A stretch of 64,000 nt of DNA. Source: an uncultured Verrucomicrobiota bacterium. Its GTDB lineage: Bacteria; Verrucomicrobiota; Verrucomicrobiia; Limisphaerales; J093. The stretch spans positions 9,458-73,457 of the forward strand of contig CAZHUS010000006.1 in the NCBI GenBank assembly GCA_964535555.1, in the 5' to 3' direction. The translations under genes were made by a program, and so were the position numbers. Numbering within the stretch: position 1 is the stretch's first letter; every line of letters starts with the position of its first letter. Positions 1 through 9,189 of this stretch are shown here, one piece after another. Under the pieces are notes generated by a model, which had not been told where the DNA came from, searched no databases, and saw only the letters and a list, made by a program, of their open reading frames with translations.

Positions 1-432
1 GAGCGCAAGAAGATGGAGGAGGAATACGAAAAGCTGAACAGTGAGTTCCGCGAGCTGGAGAAGGGCTCCCGTGACCCCGCCATCTCCCCCGAGGAACAGA
101 AGAAGCGCAAGGACTCCTCGAACAGCAAGCTGCTCGAAATCCGCGAGATCGAGCAGAGCGTCCAGAACTTCGACCGCAACTTCCGGCAACAGGTCGCCGA
201 CCAGATCCAGCGCATGCGCGAGAACATCTTCCGCGACATCCGCGAGGTCGTGGACGGCAAGGCCAAGGCCGGCGGCTACAACGTGGTGCTGAACACCGCC
301 GCGGAAATCACCCAGGTTCCCGTCTTCATGCACGTCTCCGGTCTTCCCGATGTGACCCAGGAAGTCCTGAACGAATTGAATGCCAAGGCACCTCCCGGAG
401 CCTTGGACGCCAAGAAGGAGCCCACGAAATAG
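1..432 (+). CDS. OmpH/Skp-family periplasmic chaperone, 5'-truncated at window edge
   Basis: Frame is open from nt 1 into ORF 13..432. Charged coiled-coil-like sequence (EEEYEKLNSEFRELEK, QQVADQIQRMRENIFRDIREVV) followed by GYNVVLN...VPVF, typical of Skp/OmpH. Confidence 0.6.
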   Translation, partial: ERKKMEEEYEKLNSEFRELEKGSRDPAISPEEQKKRKDSSNSKLLEIREIEQSVQNFDRNFRQQVADQIQRMRENIFRDIREVVDGKAKAGGYNVVLNTAAEITQVPVFMHVSGLPDVTQEVLNELNAKAPPGALDAKKEPTK

Positions 433-460
433 CGCGGCGGCCCTGGGTTGCTGCTTTTCA

Positions 461-487
461 AACGCCCCGCCAGAACGGCGGGGCGTT
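461..487 (+). terminator. GC-rich hairpin downstream of the skp-like gene, possible intrinsic terminator
   Basis: Perfect 11-bp stem AACGCCCCGCC / GGCGGGGCGTT with a 5-nt loop, 29 nt after the stop at 432. The following tail CGCCTTTCC is only weakly U-rich. Confidence 0.4.
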
Positions 488-512
488 CGCCTTTCCAAGG
501 CGCCCGTCGCCC

Positions 513-689
513 CCGATAGAAGAGGACAGGCATGTTTGAGGGGCCGCCCGAGTCATCCACACTCCCCTCTCCCGAGACGCCGACCGTGACCGGATGGATG
601 TCCGACCAGGTCTTGAGGTCCACGCTCTGTTGGATGACGTAATCGCCGACATCCGCAATGGCCGTGACGTTGCCGCCTTCGCCGTCCAT
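513..689 (-). pseudogene. Possible remnant of the C-terminal FYR module of a larger secreted protein
   Basis: Minus-frame translation VIQQSVDLKTWSDIHPVTV...SNMPVLFYRGRR resembles the C-termini at 15433-15609 (LQESANLTSWTDL...KFYRLKQ) and 48906-49408. An in-frame TAG lies just upstream, upstream similarity continues in another frame, and no stop follows FYR. Confidence 0.25.
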
Positions 690-821
690 CAGGTTGACCT
701 TGGCCGCCCCCTACAAATCCACGCGCCGCGGCTTCGTCCCGCGCTGCGGCCGTGGCCAACGTCGGGCTCGTCAGCGCCGGCGTCACGTCGCCGCCTTTGA
801 TCTTCGCCACCGTGCCGTTGC

Positions 822-2111
822 CTATTCGTATTCGCCCGCGCGCGATGGCGCACGCCCCTTGGTCCAGCCTTGCCAGAACATCCCGTCGGCGAAATCCCAC
901 AGCAGGTAGAAGTGCAGGCGGAAGTCGTACTCACGTTCGTTGAGCGGGATTTCGACCCCTGCAGCCGCACGGACGTGGCCGCGACGGCTCAAGCCAAAGT
1001 TGAGCTGGGGTATCACGGTCCAGCGAAGCATGTCGCGGTCCCCCGAGTCGAACGGGGCGGTGGCGGTGAGCTCGATGCCGGGGAAGACCCCGCGCGGCCA
1101 GGGCGTCGGCAACCAGTGCACCGCCGCCGCCATCTCCACGTCACCCGCTTCGACGTCCTCGAAGGGAAGATGCGATTTCACGCTGGATTGCAGCGTGAAG
1201 AACTCACCCAGGCCTTTGGCGGCGGCCACATAGGGGATTGCCTCCGCCTCGTTGCCGCTCTCGAGCGAGACGGCGAAATCCGCTCCGGCCGAGAGCAGGA
1301 ACGTCCGCTTGAGATCATCGTGAACGGCATACTTGAAGCCCGCCTCCACCTCATCCCAGCGGCCGTGGCCCGCCTCGACTTCATGGGACAGCTTGAGTTC
1401 GGTCTGCCACCGGGCGAACCAGCGCTTCTCGAACTCGAGGGCGTTGTAGACCACATCGTCCGCCTCGTCGCGTGCGATGAACCGGTTGAGATACACCAGT
1501 TCGTCTTCCAACCACGCCTTCTTGGTGCGGATCGGCCGCAGGTAGTTGAGGTCGCCGGGCGGGTAGTTGTGCTCTCCGGCCAGGGTCTTGAGGTGGGCAA
1601 TAACCCCCTCGAGTTCGTCGTCCGCATACGCATCCTTGAATGCCGGCATCGCCGCCGAAAAACCCATCGCCGGTCCTCCGTGCTTGGTGACCATGAACCA
1701 GTCGGCAGAAGGCTCGCGGCTGTTGAAGAGGGGATCGGTGAAGTCAGCCGGTTTCGGCTCCAGGGCTCTCACGCCGGGCAAGGTGGGATCGTAGCGGCCC
1801 GCGGGTCCGTGACAGGCAGCGCAGGCAGCTTCGTAGTGCCTCTGACCCCGGAGTGGGTCCGATTCCTCGCATAACGCGAGAGCCGCCTGGGCGAGGATCA
1901 ACCCAATCGCCCACGGCCTGAGGCTTCGGGAAAGGAGGCGATCCGCCGTACCGATGGGGTGGCGGGCCCCGGTCCGGGAGCGCCCGGGACGTTCGGGGTT
2001 CGGTGCCGCCCGCTCTTGGCGATGGGGGCAAACCGGGATGGCGATCAGGGACGAGAGTTCCGGCAGGATCATAGGGCCCGCTGAATAACATGGAGACCCG
2101 TGCGCGCGCAA
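822..2111 (-). CDS. c-type cytochrome domain protein with a large C-terminal domain of unknown function
   Basis: Heme-binding motif CAACHG after a signal-like segment WAIGLILAQAALALC. About 300 further residues rich in alternating aromatic and charged positions. Start is uncertain (M1 at 2111 or M14 at 2072). Confidence 0.65.
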   Translation of the reverse strand: MRAHGSPCYSAGPMILPELSSLIAIPVCPHRQERAAPNPERPGRSRTGARHPIGTADRLLSRSLRPWAIGLILAQAALALCEESDPLRGQRHYEAACAACHGPAGRYDPTLPGVRALEPKPADFTDPLFNSREPSADWFMVTKHGGPAMGFSAAMPAFKDAYADDELEGVIAHLKTLAGEHNYPPGDLNYLRPIRTKKAWLEDELVYLNRFIARDEADDVVYNALEFEKRWFARWQTELKLSHEVEAGHGRWDEVEAGFKYAVHDDLKRTFLLSAGADFAVSLESGNEAEAIPYVAAAKGLGEFFTLQSSVKSHLPFEDVEAGDVEMAAAVHWLPTPWPRGVFPGIELTATAPFDSGDRDMLRWTVIPQLNFGLSRRGHVRAAAGVEIPLNEREYDFRLHFYLLWDFADGMFWQGWTKGRAPSRAGEYE

Positions 2112-2305
2112 TCGGGCAGGCCTTTAGCCGGCCCGGCCGCGTGGACCTGCCCCGGGGCGTGCGTCCCGCCCTCCGCCGCCCTTTTGCCCCCTTTTTGGTC
2201 GTTGACACCTGCCGCGACGCAATCCTAGCCTCTGGTTCCTGACCGGAAGGCCCGGGCCACACTTGTGGTCTGCGCCAGGTTCGCTAGAGAGGAAGTGAAT
2301 CTGCT

Positions 2306-2503
2306 TTGACCGAAATCCGACTGAAAAAAGGCGAAGCCGTCGAGAAGGCGCTGCGCCGGCTCAAAAAGCGCGTGGACCGCGAAGGGACTCTTCGCGAAGT
2401 CCGCAACCACCGTCACTTCGAGAAGCCCAGCGAGAAGCGACGGCGCAAGCTGAAGGTGGCCAGGTTTAACGCCATGCTGGCCGCCCGTTACGCCGACATG
2501 TAG
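2306..2503 (+). CDS. rpsU: 30S ribosomal protein S21
   Basis: 65 aa, ...EKALRRLKKRVDREGTLREVRNHRHFEKPSEKRRRK... matches the S21 pattern. TTG start with AGAGAGGAAG about 10 nt upstream and an in-frame TAG at 2285 excludes longer forms. Confidence 0.9.
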   Translation: MTEIRLKKGEAVEKALRRLKKRVDREGTLREVRNHRHFEKPSEKRRRKLKVARFNAMLAARYADM

Positions 2504-2573
2504 GCTGGGTTCCGATTTCCGCCGGGCAGGGCCGAGCGCCGGGCCATTCGCCCCACGCTCGGCCCTGACTTCC

Positions 2574-3488
2574 ATGTACGCCCTCTCCACTTGCTGGAAC
2601 TCGGACCGCCACACGGATGGCCGTGAGATGCTTCGCGAGATCCGTGAACTCGGGTTTGAGTACGCGGAGTTGAGCCACGGCATCCGTCTAAGCCTCGTCC
2701 CCGGGATCATTCAGGCCGTTGACGAAGGCCTGGTCCAGATCACCACCCTTCACAATTTCTGCCCGCTGCCCATCGGCCTGAATCGGGCCGCCCCCAACGT
2801 CTTTCAGTTCACGTCGCTGGACCGGAAGGAGCGCGAGAACGCCCTGCGACACAGCCTGAAGACGCTCGAGTTCGCGGAGCGCGTCAAGGCCCGGTTGGTG
2901 GTGCTCCACATGGGGTCCGTCGACATCAAGGAATACACCGACAAGCTCCTCGACCTGGTGAAGGATGGGAAGCGCGAGACGCCGAAGTACCAGCGGCTCT
3001 GCGAGGAGGTTGAGGCGAAGCGCGAAGCCCGCAAGGAACGGCACCTGGAGGCGGCTTACGATCTGTTACGCCGCATCGAGGAGGATGCCCGGGCGCGGGG
3101 TCTGCTGCTGGGGGTCGAAAACCGCGAAGCCCTCGAGGAGATCCCTTTCGAGAGCGACTTCCAGTTCTTCCTTTTCGAGTTCCGGGGCGGTCCGGTCCGC
3201 TACTGGCACGATACCGGGCACGCCCAGATCAAGGAGAACCTCGGGTTCATCCAGCACGCGATGCACCTGGAATCCCTGGCGGAGAACCTCGCCGGCTTCC
3301 ACATCCATGACGTGGAGTTCCCCGGACGGGATCATCGCCCTCCCGGGGCGGGGTCCATCGACTTCACGGCCCTCAAGCCGTTCGTGAAACCGGACCACAT
3401 CAAGGTGCTGGAAATGAGTCCCTCGCTCAGCGCCGAGGAGGTGCTCGCGGGTGCGGCTCATATCCGCTCGATCTGGGGCGACACGTGA
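2574..3488 (+). CDS. Sugar phosphate isomerase/epimerase (xylose isomerase-like TIM barrel) family protein
   Basis: 304 aa with a pattern typical of AP endonuclease 2 / xylose isomerase-like TIM barrels (GFEYAELSHG, VVLHMG, LLGVENRE, HDTGH, HIHD). Confidence 0.75.
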   Translation: MYALSTCWNSDRHTDGREMLREIRELGFEYAELSHGIRLSLVPGIIQAVDEGLVQITTLHNFCPLPIGLNRAAPNVFQFTSLDRKERENALRHSLKTLEFAERVKARLVVLHMGSVDIKEYTDKLLDLVKDGKRETPKYQRLCEEVEAKREARKERHLEAAYDLLRRIEEDARARGLLLGVENREALEEIPFESDFQFFLFEFRGGPVRYWHDTGHAQIKENLGFIQHAMHLESLAENLAGFHIHDVEFPGRDHRPPGAGSIDFTALKPFVKPDHIKVLEMSPSLSAEEVLAGAAHIRSIWGDT

Positions 3489-4615
3489 ATGCGCGGCGCA
3501 ACACCTGGCGCCTGGCCTCGCGGGTTGCCGTGTGCGCGTTGCTCTTGGGGTGGGCCTTTCACGGCATCTTTGTCAATGAAGGCCGGTTGGAGTGGAGCCG
3601 GCGCGGGGGCGACTGGGAAGCGCTAGGCCGGCCCGAGCAATGGCGGTTCGCCTGGACTTACGGTCCGGCCGCGCTGGGACGGCTCGTGATGCTGATCCAG
3701 CCCGGGCCCGGGCTGCTCTCGGTACTGGCCATGGGGGCGACGCTCTTTCTGGGTGTGCTGAGGTGGCACCTCGTGTTGCGGGCGCACCACCTGGATGTCC
3801 CCGTCGGACGGGTGCTCGAGATTTCGCTCGTCGGCCACTTCTTCAACGCCTTCTTTCTTGGTTCGACCGGCGGAGACCTCATGAAGGCCTACTACGTCGC
3901 CGGCGAGACCGCTCACCGCAAGGCGGAGGCCGTGGGGTCGGTCTTTGTGGATCGTCTCCTGGGGCTGGCCTCGATGCTCGGCTTTGCCGCCTTGATGATG
4001 ATCCCCAACCTGCCGCTGCTCCTCAGGTACAAGCGTCTCGGCGCCCTCGCCCTGGTGGCGCTCGCGATGCTTTCGGTGCTCCTGTTCCTCGGAGCGCTTT
4101 CCTTTCGAAGAGGCTTGTCGCGACTCTGGCCCGGCGCCCACGAGTGGCTGCGCCGCCTGCCGAAGGGCGAGAGCATTGAACGCGCGCTCGAGGCGATGCG
4201 GCACTTCGGGCAGGAGCGCGGGTTGCTCGCCAAGGCCGTCGGGTTGTCAATGCTGCTCAATCTCGCGTGCGTGCTCCAGATCTGGGCGCTGGCGCGGGGA
4301 CTGGACCTGGACATCCCGCCGCAGGTGTTGCTCGTGCTGGTACCCATCATCATCTGCATCGCGGCCCTGCCAATTACGCCGAGCGGACTCGGCGTCCGCG
4401 AGAACCTCTACGTTTGGACGTTGTCCGTGCCGGCGCTGGGAGTGCCGGCGGCCGCCGCGTTGACCCTGTCGTTGCTGGCCTTTGCCGGGTTCCTCCTCTG
4501 GAGCCTGGTCGGAGGTCTGGTCTATCTGCGCTTTCGCCGCACTCATGTCCCGTCCGCGGCGTCCTCGCGCGCGACGGAGCACGCCGGCGAGCGTCCGCAT
4601 GGCCACCGCTCGTGA
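3485..4615 (+). CDS. Flippase-like / UPF0104 (lysylphosphatidylglycerol synthase TM-region) family membrane protein
   Basis: Multi-pass hydrophobic protein with LVGHFFNAFFLGSTGGDLMKAYYVA, characteristic of UPF0104. GTGA start/stop overlap with the upstream gene. Confidence 0.65.
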   Translation: MNARRNTWRLASRVAVCALLLGWAFHGIFVNEGRLEWSRRGGDWEALGRPEQWRFAWTYGPAALGRLVMLIQPGPGLLSVLAMGATLFLGVLRWHLVLRAHHLDVPVGRVLEISLVGHFFNAFFLGSTGGDLMKAYYVAGETAHRKAEAVGSVFVDRLLGLASMLGFAALMMIPNLPLLLRYKRLGALALVALAMLSVLLFLGALSFRRGLSRLWPGAHEWLRRLPKGESIERALEAMRHFGQERGLLAKAVGLSMLLNLACVLQIWALARGLDLDIPPQVLLVLVPIIICIAALPITPSGLGVRENLYVWTLSVPALGVPAAAALTLSLLAFAGFLLWSLVGGLVYLRFRRTHVPSAASSRATEHAGERPHGHRS

Positions 4616-5967
4616 AGCCCGTGCCGCCCCATCCGGAACGGCAGGCGAGGGACATCGCGGCCCGCTTGCAGCAGAACGGCTTCGAGGCGTACTGGGTCGG
4701 CGGATGCGTTCGGGATCGGTTGCTGGGAAGGCTTCCCCAGGATTTCGACATCGCCACGAGTGCGCGACCGGACGAGATCGAGCGACTCTTCTCCCAAACC
4801 GTTCCGGTGGGCCGGCAGTTCGGAGTCGTCGTCGTCCGGCTCGAGGGGGTCTCGTACCAGGTTTCGACCTTCCGGGCTGAAGGCCCCTACCTCGACGGCC
4901 GGCGACCCAGCAGCGTGCGCTTCACCGATGCGGTCGAGGATGCCCGACGGCGGGACCTGACCGTGAACGGTCTCTTTTATGATCCCGTGCGAGGTCAGTT
5001 GCATGATTGGGTCGAAGGCCAGCTCGATCTGGAGCGGAAACGGATCCGGATGATCGGGGATCCCGTCGAACGACTCGGCGAGGATCACCTGCGCCTCCTG
5101 CGAGTGCCCCGGTTCGCCGCGCAGCTTGCGTTCGACATCGAGCCCTCCACGTTGGCCGCCGTGCGCAGTCACGCGGCCGGCATCCGCACCGTAAGCGCTG
5201 AGCGCGTCCGGGATGAGTTGCGCAAGTTGTTCCAGTATCCGCACGCGGCACGGGGGTTGGACTTGTTGCGTGAAACGGGTCTGCTCCAGGAGGTGCTGCC
5301 GGAGGTAGCCGCATTCGAGCGCTGCGAGCAATCACCGGATTACCATCCTGAAGGCACCGTCTATCAACACGTGCGGCGCATGCTCGAACTGCTGCCGGAG
5401 ACGGCCGGGCCCCGCCTGCCATGGGCAGTCATCCTGCACGACGTTGCCAAGCCCGTCACCGCCAGCCGGGATCCGGTCCGCGGCTCCATTCATTTCTACG
5501 GCCACGAGAAGGCCGGGGCGGAGATGGCTCATTCGATTCTCGAGCGGCTGAGGTTTTCGCGGCAGGAGATCGATGAAATCACGGCGGTGGTTCGGCACCA
5601 CATGCAGTTCAAGGATGCCGCCCAGATGCGGCAGGCCACGCGACGGCGCATCATCATGCGTCCCAGCTACCCGCTCGAAAGGGAGTTGCATCGGCTCGAC
5701 TGCCTGGGCTCTCACGGGGACCTGGCGAGCTACGAGTGTTTTCGCGCCGAGGAAAGGGCGTTGGCTCAGCGTCCGGACCTGCTTCCCCCGCTTCTGAACG
5801 GGGAAGATCTCATGACCCTGGGTCTAAAACCGGGACCGCCGCTCGGAAAGCTCCTGGCAGAGATCCGGGACAAGCAACTTCAGGAAGAACTCACCACGCG
5901 CGAGGCCGCCCTGGACTGGGCCCGGGAGCGGATCGCGAGGCTCATGCTGCCCAAGGCGCCGTCCTGA
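4612..5967 (+). CDS. cca: CCA-adding tRNA nucleotidyltransferase with HD domain
   Basis: YWVGGCVRDRLLG...DFDIAT nucleotidyltransferase motif and a downstream HD region (ILHDVAKP, GHEKAG). In-frame GTG at 4612 overlaps the upstream stop; the ORF-track N-terminal extension from 4267 overlaps the previous gene. Confidence 0.85.
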   Translation: MKPVPPHPERQARDIAARLQQNGFEAYWVGGCVRDRLLGRLPQDFDIATSARPDEIERLFSQTVPVGRQFGVVVVRLEGVSYQVSTFRAEGPYLDGRRPSSVRFTDAVEDARRRDLTVNGLFYDPVRGQLHDWVEGQLDLERKRIRMIGDPVERLGEDHLRLLRVPRFAAQLAFDIEPSTLAAVRSHAAGIRTVSAERVRDELRKLFQYPHAARGLDLLRETGLLQEVLPEVAAFERCEQSPDYHPEGTVYQHVRRMLELLPETAGPRLPWAVILHDVAKPVTASRDPVRGSIHFYGHEKAGAEMAHSILERLRFSRQEIDEITAVVRHHMQFKDAAQMRQATRRRIIMRPSYPLERELHRLDCLGSHGDLASYECFRAEERALAQRPDLLPPLLNGEDLMTLGLKPGPPLGKLLAEIRDKQLQEELTTREAALDWARERIARLMLPKAPS

Positions 5968-7411
5968 GGGCCGCCGATTTTTCGTCCAGCTTGAAGATGC
6001 GCCGCGCGTTCCCGTGCATGATCGGGTCAACCAGCGCCTGCGCCTCGCCGAGGCTGATCCATCCCTCCTCGACCAGTTCGCTCAAAGCGATCGCGATGCC
6101 CCGGCGGGCGAGGGCGGCGTGGCCCACCACCGGTTCGACCGGGATGTAGTCGCCGCCAAAGGTGAGGATCTTGTTCGCGGGGGCCGTGACGAGGTACTTC
6201 TTGAGGAAATCCTTCGAGGCGATGGGATTGATGATCCACGCCCAGCACATGTCGATGCAGGCGTTGGTGTGCTGCTTCGCCGCCGCCAGGATCTCCTCGT
6301 AGTACGGGTAGCAGATGTGCATGAACACGAAGGTGGCCTCAGGCGCGCGACGGCAGAGCTCGGCCGCCGAGCCCGGATTCCGGATCAACCGGTCGAGCGG
6401 CATCGAATCGTGACCGGCGTAGTAACCCGTATGGAGCTTGACGGGGAGCCGGGCCTTGGCGGCCTCGTCCACCGCCTGCCAGAAGAGGTGATCCTCCAGT
6501 TTCTTCCGATCTTCCGGGGAGATCCGGTCGCCCGCCAGCACGCGTTCAAAGATCGGGGCCGCCTGGTCTGCGGGCACCCGGGCGTAGTCGATGTCCCGGC
6601 TGTAGGCGTTTTGGGACTTCACCGCGACGGCAAACCGGCCATAGCGGGCAAACCACCAGCGAATGACCGCGTGCCAGTCCGTCAGCGAGCCGACCGCGAT
6701 GCCGGCGGGGCCGGCGTAGCCCTTGAGATTCGGGCCGGCGAACATTCCCACGATGCTCAGGTCCTGCATCAGCAGCGTCGGAAGCCCCGATTCCTTGAAC
6801 GGCTCTCCGGTGAGGCAATTGACCTGGCAGGATTCGATGTTCGCAACCCGGCGCAGCACGTGGTCATAGAAGCCCCGCCGACGGGTCTGGTCGTACCCGC
6901 GTTGCACCTCCGCCACCGTGTCGGCCGAGAGTTCCGCCACTCCGTACAGGGCGGAGATGGCCAGGTGGACGGCGCGTCCGTAACCGGTGTGTTTCACCGC
7001 CGGCCACCAGGGGGCCAGCAACTTCCATTTATCGCCGGGGTCCACCGCGGGAGAAAGGAAGCGTTTCAAGTCAGCCGCCGACATTCCCGCCGTGGCCAGA
7101 TCGGAATCGAGGTAATGACTGAAAAGAAGGGCGAAGTCATCGCAGGGTACCCGCGGATGCGCGGTCCCTTGGAGCCGGTCGCTCTCCTCGATGAGGTGTT
7201 CGTGCGTGTCGATGAAGGGAGTGGCCTGGACCTGTTCGAAAAGAACCCGACGGACCTCGGAGCTCGAGGCATTCACGGGGACGGGGCGCGGCGGGGTTGC
7301 GGGGGCTTCAGGGGTGCCGGCTTCGGCCGGCGGGCCGAGTGCGGCCAAGGCTCCCGTGGCTCCAAGACCCTTGAGAAGGGACCGCCGGGTGACACTCGAG
7401 TCGGGGTTCAT
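5942..7411 (-). CDS. TAT-signal amidohydrolase-family metal hydrolase
   Basis: N-terminal twin-arginine signal (TRRSLLKGLGATGALAAL). FIDTHEHL metal-binding motif typical of the amidohydrolase superfamily. Confidence 0.7.
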   Translation of the reverse strand: MNPDSSVTRRSLLKGLGATGALAALGPPAEAGTPEAPATPPRPVPVNASSSEVRRVLFEQVQATPFIDTHEHLIEESDRLQGTAHPRVPCDDFALLFSHYLDSDLATAGMSAADLKRFLSPAVDPGDKWKLLAPWWPAVKHTGYGRAVHLAISALYGVAELSADTVAEVQRGYDQTRRRGFYDHVLRRVANIESCQVNCLTGEPFKESGLPTLLMQDLSIVGMFAGPNLKGYAGPAGIAVGSLTDWHAVIRWWFARYGRFAVAVKSQNAYSRDIDYARVPADQAAPIFERVLAGDRISPEDRKKLEDHLFWQAVDEAAKARLPVKLHTGYYAGHDSMPLDRLIRNPGSAAELCRRAPEATFVFMHICYPYYEEILAAAKQHTNACIDMCWAWIINPIASKDFLKKYLVTAPANKILTFGGDYIPVEPVVGHAALARRGIAIALSELVEEGWISLGEAQALVDPIMHGNARRIFKLDEKSAALRTAPWAA

Positions 7412-7449
7412 GGCTTTGAGAGGTGGTTGGTGGGAGCGGGGGTGTTGGA

Positions 7450-8598
7450 TCAGGACCGACGATCGCGGGGCTGCCCGATGATCTGGATCATCGCGTGCTG
7501 GAGCACCAGATCGTCATCCAGGTTGCTGCTGACGAGTCGCTCGTTGCAAGCGAGCAGGGTCTCCATGGCTGCCACCAGTTCCGAGGCCGTGTACTTGCCG
7601 GTTTGGGCGAGGCTTTTGGAGACCACGAAGGGGTGCATTGCCGCGGGGTTGTAGCGCCGGTCGGCTGGCAGCAGGTCGCCGGGGAGCTGACTCAGCTGGG
7701 CTTTGAGCCGGCCGTATTCCGCGTCCACGGCCAGGAGGCCCATGCGCACCAGTTCCTTCAACAGCAGGAGCGTTCGCACCTTGGTGATCAGCCCGTAGAG
7801 CAGCCCGATGTGGCTCTTGTTGCGATCCACCTTGAGGCGCACCTCCCAAAGCTCCTCGTCGAGGGCGCGCAAGGCCCGGGGAAGATCGCGGTCTCCAAGC
7901 GCCTCGGCGAGGCCGAAGGATTTGGCGTGTTTGCCAGGGGTGACGAGCCTGGCGACGTCGTCGGTCACCAGGTCGGACCGATCCCCGGCGTACAGTGTCA
8001 GCTTTTCCACCTCCTGGCTCAGCTGACGCAGGTCCGGGCCGACCGCCGCCACGAGGCGTCCCACGGCCTCCGGCGTCATCCGCTTGCCTCGCGCGGCGAG
8101 TTCCTCACGCACGAAGCGCTCGGCCTGTTCCGCCCAGCCTTTGTCCTCGAACGAAAGCCCCGGGTGTTCCTCGACCTGGCCGACCGCCTCGAGCGTCTTG
8201 TAGAAGGTGCGGCGCTTGTCGACCTTGGCGGCGCTGATCAAGAGGCGGACCCCTTCCCAGCGGAAGGTCTTCAGCTCCTGGGCGAGTTCGCCCAGGCGGG
8301 TCGTGACAGCCGCGCTGCTGGCGGTCCGTTCGTCACCCAGGAAGTTGCAGTTCTGAAACCAGACCACTTTTTGCGACCCGAAGAAGGGCAGGCTCTGCAA
8401 GGCTTCGCGGAGACGATCGAGGGCGCGCAGGGCCTCACCGCTGTTGGCGACGCTGGCGTCGATGGTCTCCTGGTCAAACCCGCCCGAGGATTGAGCCCAG
8501 TCGCGGAACTGTTGCCGCGCCCGCTGCTGCACCGCGAAGCTGTCCTCGCCCCAGACGAGGAGGAGCGGGGCGGCTTGATTCCGAACGGCGGCAGGCAC
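7450..8598 (-). CDS. holA: DNA polymerase III delta subunit
   Basis: 382 aa. N-terminal LLLVWGEDSF and overall helical layout typical of HolA. Assigned by overall resemblance only. Confidence 0.65.
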   Translation of the reverse strand: MPAAVRNQAAPLLLVWGEDSFAVQQRARQQFRDWAQSSGGFDQETIDASVANSGEALRALDRLREALQSLPFFGSQKVVWFQNCNFLGDERTASSAAVTTRLGELAQELKTFRWEGVRLLISAAKVDKRRTFYKTLEAVGQVEEHPGLSFEDKGWAEQAERFVREELAARGKRMTPEAVGRLVAAVGPDLRQLSQEVEKLTLYAGDRSDLVTDDVARLVTPGKHAKSFGLAEALGDRDLPRALRALDEELWEVRLKVDRNKSHIGLLYGLITKVRTLLLLKELVRMGLLAVDAEYGRLKAQLSQLPGDLLPADRRYNPAAMHPFVVSKSLAQTGKYTASELVAAMETLLACNERLVSSNLDDDLVLQHAMIQIIGQPRDRRS

Positions 8599-8624
8599 AC
8601 CGGATAGGGAGCGGAAACCACTCC

Positions 8625-9083
8625 TCAGGTCGACTCACTCTCGTCGTTGTTCTCGTTCATCTTCGCCAGCATCTCCGACATGTCCTCCACCTGGTCGAAG
8701 AGGCTGCGGGTGACGAAAATCGGCCGCTTGCGTGCCACTGCCAGCGCAATGCAATCGCTGGGGCGCGCGTCCACTTCCACGATCTTCTTCCCCAGCTCGT
8801 TCTCCTGCTTGAGAATGAGCCGGGCGAAATAGGTGGAGTTGCGGAGTTCCGTCACCACGACGCGTTCCACGGAGATCCCGAATCCTTCGAAAACCAGGGC
8901 CATCAGGTCGTGGGTGAGCGGCCGCTCCTTCGGCGCGTCCCGCATGAACATGCTGATGACCATGCCCATGTTGTTCTCGACCTGGATGACAAACACCTTC
9001 TCGCCGTTGCCAATGAAGATCGCGCAGCCGGTCGGGGCCGGAAGGATGCCTCGTATCTCCACGGGCACGACGTCGTTCTTCAT
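8625..9083 (-). CDS. Bifunctional nuclease (BFN/DUF151) family protein
   Basis: 152 aa. VFVIQV...PLTHDLM...YFARLIL...VDARPSDCIALAVR matches the conserved BFN domain pattern. Confidence 0.8.
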   Translation of the reverse strand: MKNDVVPVEIRGILPAPTGCAIFIGNGEKVFVIQVENNMGMVISMFMRDAPKERPLTHDLMALVFEGFGISVERVVVTELRNSTYFARLILKQENELGKKIVEVDARPSDCIALAVARKRPIFVTRSLFDQVEDMSEMLAKMNENNDESEST

Positions 9084-9189
9084 GGGCCGAACTTAAGCGG
9101 CGTCCCCGCGAAAGACAAGCCCGCCCCGGAGGGCGGACCTGTCAGGCCGCTTCGTGAGATATCGTTCGCCACTGCCACCGGTGCCCAGG

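Noticed and set aside
2202-2231. TTGACA (2202-2207) with TAGCCT 18 nt downstream, considered as the rpsU promoter.
   Set aside because: The -35 hexamer is perfect, but the -10 is weak (only TA...T) and the promoter consensus for this lineage is unknown. The support is not strong enough to report as a feature.
2528-2566. An 11-bp perfect stem (AGGGCCGAGCG / CGCTCGGCCCT) with a 17-nt loop after rpsU, considered as a terminator or attenuator.
   Set aside because: No U-tract follows, and the next gene starts 8 nt later. It may be a stabilising hairpin, but function cannot be supported from sequence alone.
3764-3779. TGGCAC-N6-TTGC, considered as a possible sigma-54 promoter.
   Set aside because: It lies inside a CDS, and the GG-to-GC spacing is one nucleotide too long compared with the canonical TGGCAC-N5-TTGC.
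4267-4611. The long N-terminal extension of the cca ORF.
   Set aside because: It overlaps the 3' end of the UPF0104 gene in another frame and is Arg/Pro/Gly-rich. A GTG at 4612 that overlaps the upstream stop gives a normal CCA-enzyme N-terminus.
6014-8607. Plus-strand ORFs 6014..7654 (546 aa) and 7423..8607 (394 aa).
   Set aside because: They are shadow ORFs opposite the amidohydrolase and holA genes. Their composition is Arg/Gly/Val-rich and they have no recognisable motifs.
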